From NCBI GenBank assembly GCA_946965045.2, contig OX337229.1:4278001-4342000 (forward strand): a stretch of DNA of 64,000 bases, in the 5' to 3' direction. The notes below the pieces were generated by a model. It saw only the letters and a list, made by a program, of their open reading frames with translations, was not told the DNA's origin and did no database searches. The translations under genes were made by a program, and so were the position numbers. Below are positions 42,561 to 53,167 of the stretch, in pieces. This DNA is from Epithemia pelagica. Lineage: Eukaryota; Protista; Bacillariophyta. Numbering within the stretch: position 1 is the stretch's first letter; each line of letters begins with the position of its first letter.

Positions 42561-42767
42561 GTAATTTTAAGTAGTTTTCACACCAAACCAGAGACAAAAC
42601 CGAGTTCCGCACATCCGGGTTACCTTTCGGACATCACATCACACGTGGACATACGTGGCACATCCGGGTTCACAAGGCACACCACACATCCGGGTTACAA
42701 CTTTTAACTAAAGTTTTCGACATCACAGGACACATATCAACATATCTTATCACCAAGTCAAGCAATC

Positions 42768-45700
42768 ATGGAACCAACTACACCGACTACACCAGAGTTC
42801 AACACCAATCAAAGTATATCTGATCAAGAAGTCTTTGATCATATTACTCAGGTGTTGTTCAACTTTTCCAAGGAAAGGGTCGATGTACTCGTGAAATGGA
42901 TGCACCATCATGCTTTTGATGATATCCTAAGTATCATTGAACATATGGCAATTGACCCTGAGAAGAACATGGATAGTATGACAAAATACAAGTCAGGAAA
43001 ACAAATGCACGACCTACATGTCAATACAAGCCAGCAGATCAAGTTGCTTGCCCATTGGTTCCGACAAACGAGTATCGACATTCAGGGTATACCTTCCAAG
43101 GCAACCTGGATGAATCTGACCAAGGCAGAATTTGATCTATGGAGGATAAACACTGACTTTCGCTCCGGAAGCCCTATCAATGACCCAGTATCACCTATGA
43201 AATCTCCATCCCATTCGACGTCACCCAAATCGTTTAGCACTACTTCTGCTGCATCACAGTCCCAACTGGACCTAACCGCATTCAAGAAGGGAACCAAGCG
43301 TGACGCTATGGCATATGAAACATTCAAGGATGAACGATACTACGACACGTTCTGGAGGACTTTCAAGACCACAGCAAAAGCCCAAGGTTTATCTAATGTT
43401 CTTGACTTCCGATACAAGCCACCGACGAATGATACGTATGCAACAGAACTTTTCCAAGAGCAACAAATATTCCTATACTCCGTCCTTGTGCGCATCATCC
43501 AGACTGATCAAGGAAGAGCTTATGTTCGCGAACATGAACATGATGAAGACGCACGAGCAGTGTTACAGAAGCTTCACACATTGCATACGAAGTCAGACTT
43601 AGCGAAACGAGAGGTCTTACGATTAACCAATTACATCTCCAACCTTCGCCTCGATGATACATGGCGTGGATCATCACGTCAATTTTTGCTTCATTTCCAA
43701 GACAAACTACGTTTACTCGATAACCTTGTTGATCTCTCTGATCGCATACCTGATCACACCAGGATGACGTTTCTTATGCAAGCTGTCGAGAAGGTACCTG
43801 ACCTTCGCAGAGTTAAAATCTTGGACAACGTCGTCAACACGAAGTCTGGAGCAAAGTCTTTATGTTATCAGTCGTACTTCTCCATTTTGATGGACGCAGC
43901 ATATGACCATGATCAAGTCACGCAATCTTCTGCAACTGGGCGTCGTCGTAGTGTCAAGCAACACGAGCAACACGAAACACAACATGATATTGAGGGATCC
44001 CTTCAGGAAGACGATGCATATCAGATAAACAATACCAATGTCCAAGATGATAACACGGCATCTCCAAAAGCCAGTCTTCCTCGTGACCTATGGTTTAAAC
44101 TTCCTGAGGATGCTTGCAAGATGATTGTTGAGTATAACAAGAACGTGCAAGCTTCTACTCCGAGTCCAAGAAAAGTACAGCAACACTCCCTTAACATTGA
44201 TCCTGAACCTGATCCTGACCCTGGTCAAGATGTTTTCGATGACCTGGACAACCCCACATATCCGCAGGATGATTCCGATCCAGCCACCCATCTCATCCAT
44301 CAAGCAATGACGTCAACCAACCTCAATCACCCAGCTTCTGATTTGTCTAATGTTCTATCCAATGCCGCATCTAAGACGAGTAAGAAAGTTAGTTTCAAAC
44401 AGAATGAGCACAAGCAGAAGGTCCACATGACTCAATATATGTTCTCTCAAAAGTCGACTTATACTGGGAATCAACTCATTGATCGTGGTGCCAATGGTGG
44501 TTTAGCCGGAGCTGATATGCGTATCCTTTCCAAGACAGGTCGTAACATCACGATTGTGGGAATCGACAACCATGAACTTACTGGTCTCCCCATTGTCACT
44601 TGTGCTGCCAAGTTTGAAACTAATGATGGACCAATCGTTGGTATCTTCAACGAATATGCATACTATGGAAAAGGACAGTCTATACATGCGCCTTGTCAAT
44701 TGGAACATTATGGGCTATCTGTGGATGAACGTTCTGTCAAGGTGGATGGAAAGCAACGTATCACTACCCTTGATGGACGTGCTTTACCTCTGTGTATCAA
44801 GGATGGACTTGCCTTTATCCACTCATTAGGTATCCCTTCTGATGATGACATGGACCGATTGCCGCAAATCATCTTTACTTCGCCATCTACTTGGGACCCC
44901 TCTGTTCTTGACCATACTCATTCAGATCCACAGCATGATGCTTCTACTACATGGCATCAGGTTGCGACCGACGGCAGTATGGCACGTTATCCATATGACA
45001 CGTATGGGGAGTACACTGATCGTGTTGTCTGCAATCTCAATCTTCTCCTTGACCTTCCTTATGACCACGGACCCGACAACACCACATATTTCTCTATCTA
45101 TACTGATGCTAATGGTGAAGACCCAACCCTTCAACATGCATCTGTCCATCGTCGTTATGTGGAAGAACATGATTGGAAACAATTTCGTCCCTTCTTTGGT
45201 TGGCAATCCGAGGAAGTTATTGCCAATACTTTCAAGCATACTACACGACATGCTAATGTGATTTTTGACTGTGACACTCTCAAGAAACATTTCAAGGCAC
45301 GCAACCCTATCCTGAATCTACCACGTTGTCATGAACCCGTTGCTACCGATTCGATCTTTTCTGATACACCTGCTGTTGATCATGGTGGAAAGGTGGCTCA
45401 AATTTTTGTTGGCCGCGATACTCTTGTCACTGATATTTACGGTATCAAGTCTACCAAGCAATTTGTGAACACTCTTCAAGACAATATACGCATGCGAGGT
45501 GTTATGGAGACACTCATTAGTGATGGGGGTTCATCTCTCATTTCCCATAAGGTTAAGGATATCCTTCGCACCTTGCTCATCGGGGAGTATCGCTCTGAAC
45601 CATACCACCAGCATCAGAACAAAGCCGAGAATCGTTATCAGACCGTTAAACGAATGGCGAACGCTATCATGAATGCAACTGGATGCCCGGCCAATGTTTG

Positions 45701-48434
45701 GTTACTTTGCCTTGAATATGTCTGTGACTTATTGAATCATTCTTCTTCACATGCACACTCTGGACGTACTCCTATTGAGGCTCTCACCGGTCACCCTCCC
45801 GACATTTTGCACCTCCTGTTCTTTCCCTTCTGGGATGAAGTCTACTATCGTGTTGACCCCTCCGAACCGTCGTCTGGTCCCTACCCTTCTTCGACCGATG
45901 AGAAACTTGGCCATTGGGTTGGTTTTGCTCACAATGTTGGTGATGCTTTTACATGGAAGATTTTGTCTGCTGACAACCATATCCTCTACCGTTCCGCTGT
46001 TCGCCGTGTCGCTTCCACTACACCCAACCTTCGTGTGGATCGACCTTCAGGGGAGACGTCTCCGAAAGATGACACTGATAAGCAGGCTGACACTGTCTTC
46101 ATTCGCAGTAAAAGTGAAGATCCATCCAAACCAATGCCTACAATTGATTATGAAGACATGATAGGACGCACTTTCTTATGCAACACTGAAGAAAATGGGG
46201 AGCGTCATCGAGCACGCGTTGTCAAACGAGTTGTAGATCTTAATGAAGAATCACTCAAGCAAGAAGAACGCATCAAGTACATCTACCGCAAGACAAATTC
46301 TGACGTTGATGAAATGATCTCTTATAACCAGTTAATGGAGTACATTGAGAGGGACAATCAAGCGCAGACCTCGGGAGATAATTTGTTCCGTTTCAGGGAT
46401 GTTATTGCACATCAAGGCCCACTGTCTTCAACCGACCCGGATTATAAGGGGAGTAAGTATAACTTGCTTGTGGATTGGGAAACTGGGGAGACAACCTATG
46501 AACCACTCTCCCTTATTGCCAACGACGACCCAATCACCGTTGCCATATATGGAAAGAAGCATGGGCTCCTCAACGAACCAGGATGGAAACACCTGAAACG
46601 CTACGTCAAGACGAGTAAACGCCTGATACGTGCTGCAAAACAATCAAGGATCAAACAAGTACGTCAATCAGTCAAGTATAAGTTTGGATTCCAAGTCCCT
46701 CGAGATTACGCCGAGGCTGTCAATCTTGACAAAAAAAATGGTACCACAAGGTGGCAAGACGCAACTGAATTGGAACTGTCTCAGATACAATCATATGAGA
46801 CATTCAAGGACCATGGGAAGGCCATCTTCACAAATGGCAAGGTATCAAATGCACCTGAGGGATATCAAAAGATTCGAGTGCATCTCGTTTTTGATGTGAA
46901 ACATGATGGTAGGCACAAGGCACGACTTGTTGCAGATGGACACTTGACGAAGGAACCTGTGGAAACGATCTACTCTGGAGTTGTTTCTATTCGCAACCTA
47001 CGAATTGCTTTATTCCTTGGATCTCTGAACGATCTAGAAGTATGGGGAGCAGACATTGGGAATGCGTATCTTGAAGCATTGACTGGGGAGAAGTTATATA
47101 TTGTGGCAGGACCCGAGTTCAAGGAGCTAGAAGGTCACATCCTCATCATCTACAAGGCCCTCTATGGTCTCAAATCTTCAGGCGCACGATGGCATGATGT
47201 CCTTTTTGACGTCCTCACCGATATGGGTTTCTCACCAAGCAAGGCAGATCCTGACATTTGGATGAGAAAAGCACCTGGGGAGGATTGCTACGAATACATC
47301 GCCGTATATGTGGATGACTTAGCCATCATAGCTACTGACCCTGGAAACATTTGCAAAGTCTTCAAGGAAAAGTACAACTTCAAGCTTAAGGGAGATGGAC
47401 CTATTGACTATCACCTGGGATGCCGGTACACCAAGGACCCTGACGGAACCCTAGTCTCTGATCCACGCCGATACATTAGCAAAATGATGGACACCTTCGA
47501 ACGTATCTTCAAAGAGAAACCCAAGAAGGCTAAAACCCCTCTCATTGCTGGTGATCACCCGGAATTGGACGACACCGAACTCCTTGATGAAGAAGGTACA
47601 CAGCACTTCCAGACCTTGATTGGACAGCTTCAGTGGGTGATTACAATTGGTCGCATTGATGTTTTTACTGCTACGATGACCCTTTCCAGGTTCCGCGCAG
47701 CTCCAAGACAGGGACATCTCAACAGAGCTAAACGCATCTATGGATACCTTTTCAATCTTTCTGATGGTGCAATCAGATTCCGAATCGGAGAGCCCGATTT
47801 CTCAAGCATTCCAAGTCAAGACTTTGATTGGAGTCGTACGGTCTATTCAGATGCCAAGGAATACATCCCTCATGATTGCCCAGAACCACTTGGACGATAT
47901 GTGACGACAACGCACTATGTTGATGCTAACCTTATGCACGACATGATCACAGGAAAGTCTGTAACAGCCATCCTGCATCTCTTGAATGGGACACCAATTG
48001 ATTGGTACAGCAAACGACAGAGCACTGTGGAAACGGCAACATATGGATCAGAATTTGTGGCAGCAAGGACAGCAGTCGACCAAATCACTGAATTACGGCA
48101 TTTACTTCGTTACCTTGGAGTACCAATCAGGGATCGCAGTTATCTGTTTGGCGACAATCGATCTGTGGTTGTTAACGCAACAATGCCTCATTCTATCTTG
48201 TCCAAGAGACATCATCTCCTTTCATATCACCGGGTACGAGAAGCGATAGCAGCGCAATACGTTGCATTCTATTGGAAGGATGGGAAGACCAACCCTGCCG
48301 ACATCCTCAGCAAGCATTGGGAATTTGCAACTATTTGGCCTCTACTCAAGCCCCTATTGTTTTGGAGAGGAGAAGTTCAAGATCTCTACGAATCCAGCGA
48401 TGACAAGGCTGAACCAACGAGCTGTGGGGAGTAG
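42768..48434 (+). CDS. Copia 2 gag-pol polyprotein
   Basis: FKKGTKRD gag motif, IDRGANGG protease, VATDSIF..ISDGG..QNKAENR integrase, KARLVADGH/YVDDL RT, and YVDANLMHD/GDNRSV RNase H. Confidence 0.96.
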   Translation: MEPTTPTTPEFNTNQSISDQEVFDHITQVLFNFSKERVDVLVKWMHHHAFDDILSIIEHMAIDPEKNMDSMTKYKSGKQMHDLHVNTSQQIKLLAHWFRQTSIDIQGIPSKATWMNLTKAEFDLWRINTDFRSGSPINDPVSPMKSPSHSTSPKSFSTTSAASQSQLDLTAFKKGTKRDAMAYETFKDERYYDTFWRTFKTTAKAQGLSNVLDFRYKPPTNDTYATELFQEQQIFLYSVLVRIIQTDQGRAYVREHEHDEDARAVLQKLHTLHTKSDLAKREVLRLTNYISNLRLDDTWRGSSRQFLLHFQDKLRLLDNLVDLSDRIPDHTRMTFLMQAVEKVPDLRRVKILDNVVNTKSGAKSLCYQSYFSILMDAAYDHDQVTQSSATGRRRSVKQHEQHETQHDIEGSLQEDDAYQINNTNVQDDNTASPKASLPRDLWFKLPEDACKMIVEYNKNVQASTPSPRKVQQHSLNIDPEPDPDPGQDVFDDLDNPTYPQDDSDPATHLIHQAMTSTNLNHPASDLSNVLSNAASKTSKKVSFKQNEHKQKVHMTQYMFSQKSTYTGNQLIDRGANGGLAGADMRILSKTGRNITIVGIDNHELTGLPIVTCAAKFETNDGPIVGIFNEYAYYGKGQSIHAPCQLEHYGLSVDERSVKVDGKQRITTLDGRALPLCIKDGLAFIHSLGIPSDDDMDRLPQIIFTSPSTWDPSVLDHTHSDPQHDASTTWHQVATDGSMARYPYDTYGEYTDRVVCNLNLLLDLPYDHGPDNTTYFSIYTDANGEDPTLQHASVHRRYVEEHDWKQFRPFFGWQSEEVIANTFKHTTRHANVIFDCDTLKKHFKARNPILNLPRCHEPVATDSIFSDTPAVDHGGKVAQIFVGRDTLVTDIYGIKSTKQFVNTLQDNIRMRGVMETLISDGGSSLISHKVKDILRTLLIGEYRSEPYHQHQNKAENRYQTVKRMANAIMNATGCPANVWLLCLEYVCDLLNHSSSHAHSGRTPIEALTGHPPDILHLLFFPFWDEVYYRVDPSEPSSGPYPSSTDEKLGHWVGFAHNVGDAFTWKILSADNHILYRSAVRRVASTTPNLRVDRPSGETSPKDDTDKQADTVFIRSKSEDPSKPMPTIDYEDMIGRTFLCNTEENGERHRARVVKRVVDLNEESLKQEERIKYIYRKTNSDVDEMISYNQLMEYIERDNQAQTSGDNLFRFRDVIAHQGPLSSTDPDYKGSKYNLLVDWETGETTYEPLSLIANDDPITVAIYGKKHGLLNEPGWKHLKRYVKTSKRLIRAAKQSRIKQVRQSVKYKFGFQVPRDYAEAVNLDKKNGTTRWQDATELELSQIQSYETFKDHGKAIFTNGKVSNAPEGYQKIRVHLVFDVKHDGRHKARLVADGHLTKEPVETIYSGVVSIRNLRIALFLGSLNDLEVWGADIGNAYLEALTGEKLYIVAGPEFKELEGHILIIYKALYGLKSSGARWHDVLFDVLTDMGFSPSKADPDIWMRKAPGEDCYEYIAVYVDDLAIIATDPGNICKVFKEKYNFKLKGDGPIDYHLGCRYTKDPDGTLVSDPRRYISKMMDTFERIFKEKPKKAKTPLIAGDHPELDDTELLDEEGTQHFQTLIGQLQWVITIGRIDVFTATMTLSRFRAAPRQGHLNRAKRIYGYLFNLSDGAIRFRIGEPDFSSIPSQDFDWSRTVYSDAKEYIPHDCPEPLGRYVTTTHYVDANLMHDMITGKSVTAILHLLNGTPIDWYSKRQSTVETATYGSEFVAARTAVDQITELRHLLRYLGVPIRDRSYLFGDNRSVVVNATMPHSILSKRHHLLSYHRVREAIAAQYVAFYWKDGKTNPADILSKHWEFATIWPLLKPLLFWRGEVQDLYESSDDKAEPTSCGE

Positions 48435-49192
48435 TAGAACTCTCACCGAAAATCATCGGTTAGATTCGGCACCTCATCGGTTAGTCGAGTCCCTTGGCTT
48501 CAAACATCACCTACATCACCTACATCCACACTACATACCTAGCTTCGCGCTAGCTCAACCTATATTTCGGTCGCATATACCAAAAAGTGAGAACAGATTG
48601 ACGAACGCGCTATCAAGAATCAACTTTGGTCTTGATATCCCATCAACGGATGATCATCCGTTGAACATCCGAGCCTGACCTATGCCCTAAGCGTGCGCGC
48701 CCAAATTCGTCAAGATGCGCGCAAGAACTATCCGAGCGTGGCGATCATGTATCCGACCCAACGGTCTAAGTACACAAGGCACGAATCACGATCACGCGAG
48801 ACCATATCATCGTTCCCACTATTTCAAGATTGCAAACAAGGACGCGCCAACAAAACTACATATACCAACTTGAGCCAAGAATCGTTGAGGCTGTATATGA
48901 TATACAAGCACATATACATGTTATATACCTCACATACATCAACTCCAACCATTCCAGACCTATCACCGCCAAGAACCTATTTCACACGATCGACAACAAG
49001 AATGGAAATCTCACACACCAAACCTAGTAGTAAGCTCACAATCATTAACATTACCATATCATCACGTCTTCTCTGACTATCCCTACGATAGAACCCTTGG
49101 GTTTCCTTTGTTCTCTGACCCGTGGAGAACCTTGGTATCAGTTGGTAATCGATTGTGGCTCTTCTAGAGCGTGTACTGACGGAATTCTACTA
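48432..49192 (+). repeat. 3' LTR of copia 2
   Basis: Begins with the TAG stop codon of gag-pol, right after the PPT. Confidence 0.95.
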
Positions 49193-49619
49193 AGGCAAAA
49201 GGCAATCATGCGATAACTGACTTTGGAGTAACTGAAAACTGAAGAGATCTGAGATCTGAGATCTGAGATCTCGATATCTCGGCATTCGGCACGCGCACCT
49301 TTTGCAAATGCCAAACGCGACGGTTATTGCGAGTACTCGAACTCGTAGTGAGCTGTAATTCTTCAAGAAAGCTGAAGGTCGGACACGCTCGCCATTATTG
49401 AGCGATTAAGTTTTCGTTTCGGTTTTTGCGAGACTTTGATACATACAAATAACTGTTTATCAACGGTTTTCGACCATGTCATTGTTTCCAATATTATAAT
49501 TTCTTCAGAGAATAGAAACAGCAAAGAGTGTGAAGACTATTTTAGGAGTTTCGGTCTAAGACTTGGAAGTGTTCTACTTCTCGCTCGCTGACACGCGGGC
49601 TGGCTGGTCGTCGGCCGGC

Positions 49620-51840
49620 CTAATCTATCTCCACTCGCATCTGGTCGCCGTAGTCAGCTTCATCAGTGGTAGACCGGGCTGAATCTAGCGGTAGCTCCTC
49701 TAGTTCACCTTCTTTGAATACAACAACTGGAGGGGTATCCTTTGGAGTGCTGAAGGTGAATCTAGCTTGGAGGCCACAGCTTCTTCGTTCGTGATAAGAC
49801 ATTTGGGGGACCTCGTTTAGAATACTGTCTCCCCTCATGTCCGTGCCCGTGTCTGTTTCATCATTTGAAGCATTGTCGGCGGCGGATGCGTTGGAGGGGG
49901 AGGTTGATTCCCAAGTGAAAATCGACGATTTGGAGTCCACAGATGTGGTTGACACCGGGCGGCAGATGACGACCCTTTCGTCGGCAACCAACTCATCAGT
50001 GCTGGCGTTGTTGTTGTTTTTAGGAAACCGGTGGAATCTAGGTTTATGGCGACAGGCGCCATAGACCTCGTTGCATTTGTTGATGGCCATCTTTGGAGAT
50101 TTCCTGGTGAACTTTAAAATTTCGAGCCTTTCTTTTGCGCAGAGTTTGCAAGAGTGGGTGCCGAAGGTTTTGACGGTGGACAAAGGTTTTCCCTGCCCAA
50201 GAATTTCTACCTTGAGGTTGACATGGTTCTTCATCTCCTTTCTTGGTATGTCGCGTGGGACGAAACAGGCGAAACGGCTGGCGAACGAGTCGGATTGTTT
50301 GTCGTGTAATACTAGCGCTTACACGTCTTGGACGTGCTGCTGGAGGCGCTTCTTGACGTGTTGTTGCGTATTCCCGATATATTGTTTGCCAGATTGGAGA
50401 CAGGTGGCTTTATACACAACGATAGAGCGTCTGCAACGGCCTCCATAGGGGCAGGCCTCTCTGTTGCGACAGTTGCAATCGAGATCTTCGAAATCGAGGG
50501 ATCTTAGTCCGTCGGCGAGTTTGGCGTTTAGGTCGCCTTGGAACAGTTCCCGGACATTGTTGAATCTGTGGTATGACATAGATACCCTCAGCCAAGCCAG
50601 GGATGGGAATTTCCCTTTGATCTCTTTGATGATTTTGTGTATTGGTTTGCGCCAAAAGTCTGAGTAGCCTATTTTGAAATAGACTGCTCGTTTGCGATCG
50701 CGTTCCCTGCGTTTCTTTAGGGCTTGCGAGGCGGTGTCGTTCTTCTCTTTTTCCATTTGCTTGTTTGACATTCCAAGGGTCGGGATGGATTCTTGTTTGA
50801 TTAGGTTTGCTTTGGTTAGAGCGTCGAAGTGGACTGGGTAGATTTCCGCCAGTACTTTGTCAGCGTTCTCATCGTCAACTGTGGTGAGTTTTGTCAATCT
50901 TTTGATAACTCCACTGAAAACAGCCTGGAGTATGAGAACTGCCTTTGTTCAAATACTTAAGTTGTTGATTCTTCTTGATGTGGACCTTGTACTTGAGGAC
51001 TTTGTTGTCGCCCCAGTACATTTCCATGTCCAGGAAGGGAAATGTGTTTGATTGTGCGATGGAGATGTTTTTGTTGTCGATTGTGGAGGTGTCGTGTTCT
51101 GAGAAAGGGTCCCAAATCACAGCTGTAAACTTTAGAAAGTCGTTACCTGCGATTTCGTTGATGTCGGTTTGGAAGGATTCTAACCAGTCCTTGATTTCTT
51201 TCGTTGACAGTTTGCCTCTGAAGACGGCTAGGCCGTCGTCTCGGTACATTCCAAAAAGGTGCATCGGATCGAAGAGCGAATCGTAGGTTGCTTCAAGGAG
51301 GTAGGACATTACGAGATCGGCCAGCCATGCCGATTCGTATCCCCCGATGGTGAGCCCGCGTTCGGCCGGTTTCAAGTCTCCGTCGTAGAGATAGTACTCA
51401 TCTTGGAAGGCAATGAGGGTGTTTGTCATGCCGAAGAAAATGAGATCTAGACAGAGGTTGATTGTGCGGTGTGTTTCTGGGGGGAGGGCGTCTGCGTAGT
51501 ATAGGACTGCGTCGTAGATCAATTGAAACTTGATTGAAGGATACATTGCTTCTGCGTCCACTGAGACGATTGTCGCGTTGGACGAGTCGAAGGACATGGC
51601 TTCTAGTTTCTCTTTGAGGTCCGAAGCTTGGACTATGTTGCGGAGGCCGTAGTCGATCTCGTACTCTTTGAAGAGATTCTTGATTCCCAAGTACCCAATT
51701 TTGGGGAAACCGGCGGTGAAGATGGTGGCAGGCACAACTAGGCGAGTCGGGTAGTTGCCGTCTTGGTCCGGTTTTTTGTGGTCTTTTACAAGGATTTTTG
51801 GGTTTGGGATTGCTTTGGATTGCACTCTTAGAATCTTTTT
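49620..51840 (-). mobile_element. Degenerate, 5'-truncated Penelope-like element (RT + GIY-YIG endonuclease)
   Basis: RT motifs LTIGGYESAWLADLV and YRDDGL. GIY-YIG-like VYKATC..KQYIGNT..RLQQH and C-terminal CKLCAKER..CRHKPRFH. Frameshift near 50900 and in-frame TAA at 50319. Boundaries are approximate. Confidence 0.88.
49960..50006 (-). ncRNA. Hammerhead-ribozyme-like core within the Penelope-like element
   Basis: Minus strand CUGAUGA-GUUGG(UUG)CCGAC-GAAA gives the conserved core and a 5-bp stem II. Stems I and III are imperfect. Confidence 0.5.
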
Positions 51841-52171
51841 ACGAGTACAATACAATACGCTACTTCTTATACTAGTAGCTCTTGACTCGTGACTCGAGGC
51901 TCGAGGGACTTGAACCGATTATCCACATCCGTGCCCCCAAGCAGGGGTGAGTCACGCGTGATTGAATGCACGATGTGCATTCCCTACTCACACTACCCCC
52001 AAGCGCCGGGTGAGTTTTGAATCCCGCCTGAGTTGGAGAAAATATGCATTCGTGTTCTCACCCCCATGGCGCGTCCTCCAAATTTGGCGATTTCTCGGTG
52101 TTGATACAAAATCATTTGCACCTCAACGCCTTCACCGCGGATCCAAACTTGTGAGGCCAAGTGCATCAATC

Positions 52172-52601
52172 ATGGACCCTTCCAACCCATTCCAACGCTT
52201 TTCCCAGGAAACTAACACTATCGAAGAGCTATCTACGACGTCACTGGTACCTGCAACGAACCAATCTGTATCCACTGCAGAGGTTCTATCAGCCCTCCGT
52301 CATAACAACAACGACGACAGTGATGACCATGCAACAAACTCCCACGACACCTCTATTCAACCCGTCCAACTCGCTTCCCCGTTTCCTATCAATAACCCTC
52401 ATGCGTTACCCCTACTTGAGCAGCCCATATTGCTTTCCTTCACGGACTGGCAAGTGGCACACTCTGCAACCTACCTCCCCTCCCATCATGTGTCCTCTGC
52501 TTCTTGTCCGCGCCACCGGTGGTGGGAAGTCCGCCGTGCGAGCCGTCGCTGGTTTTCTTTGTGGAGTCACCATTGTCCATTCCCATACCATGCTTTCGTA
52601 A
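52172..52601 (+). pseudogene. RecQ-like SF2 helicase N-terminal fragment, frameshifted and truncated
   Basis: LLLVRATGGGKSAVRAVAGFLCGVTIV resembles RecQ motif I to Ia. It is out of frame with the upstream ATG ORF. Confidence 0.6.
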
Positions 52602-52747
52602 AAGCACTCAGTGACACAAAATTAGTGATAAGATTCAAAAGTGTGTGTGGGAGGAGAATCCTTCAAATTGAACAATCGCATGATAGTCTAAACATCATTT
52701 TATTGTATGGTTTAAATGTAATAGCAATGTGCAGGGTCATTCATGTG

Positions 52748-53167
52748 TCAACAAGGAAAAAGAATAAGTGCAAATGAAATAGCGTTCATGACCGACAGGA
52801 TCCATCGACAGTTGTGTCGCTCATGCTTTGTTCCAAGTGCCCACAAGAGCGGTGCAACGTGGAAATAAAAATACAATAGATGGAATGGTCGATCACATAT
52901 TGTTTGACCAATCTCATCGGGCAGGGTAATGTACTGTCCCATGGCTTCCCACCCAGCCACTGTCACAATGGAAAGCACATAGTTAGGTAAATAGGCCGTA
53001 GCCACTGTGGCCACTGTATTGGCCAAAACCACAGATGTGGGTTGGATTTGAGAATGACAATGACAACCAACGCCGCAGGTACAATCAAAGGCCAAAATGA
53101 AACCAACAACCATGGCCGGTGTGAGAATCAAACTAGAAAGATTGAACCATACATTGAAGCGATGCAT
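52748..53167 (-). CDS. Small multi-TM protein or fragment inside the inverted-repeat element
   Basis: Several hydrophobic segments (LSSLILTPAMVVGFILAF; YLPNYVLSIVTVAGW; FHLLYFYFHVAPLLWAL; WILSVMNAISFALILF). Confidence 0.4.
   Translation of the reverse strand: MHRFNVWFNLSSLILTPAMVVGFILAFDCTCGVGCHCHSQIQPTSVVLANTVATVATAYLPNYVLSIVTVAGWEAMGQYITLPDEIGQTICDRPFHLLYFYFHVAPLLWALGTKHERHNCRWILSVMNAISFALILFPC

Larger units (their letters stand above)
40976..49192 (+). mobile_element. Ty1/copia LTR retrotransposon 2 with TA...TA termini
   Basis: Near-identical 766/761-bp LTRs, TSD AGGCA (40971-40975 and 49193-49197), PPT GGGGAG and an intact 1888-aa gag-pol. Confidence 0.96.
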
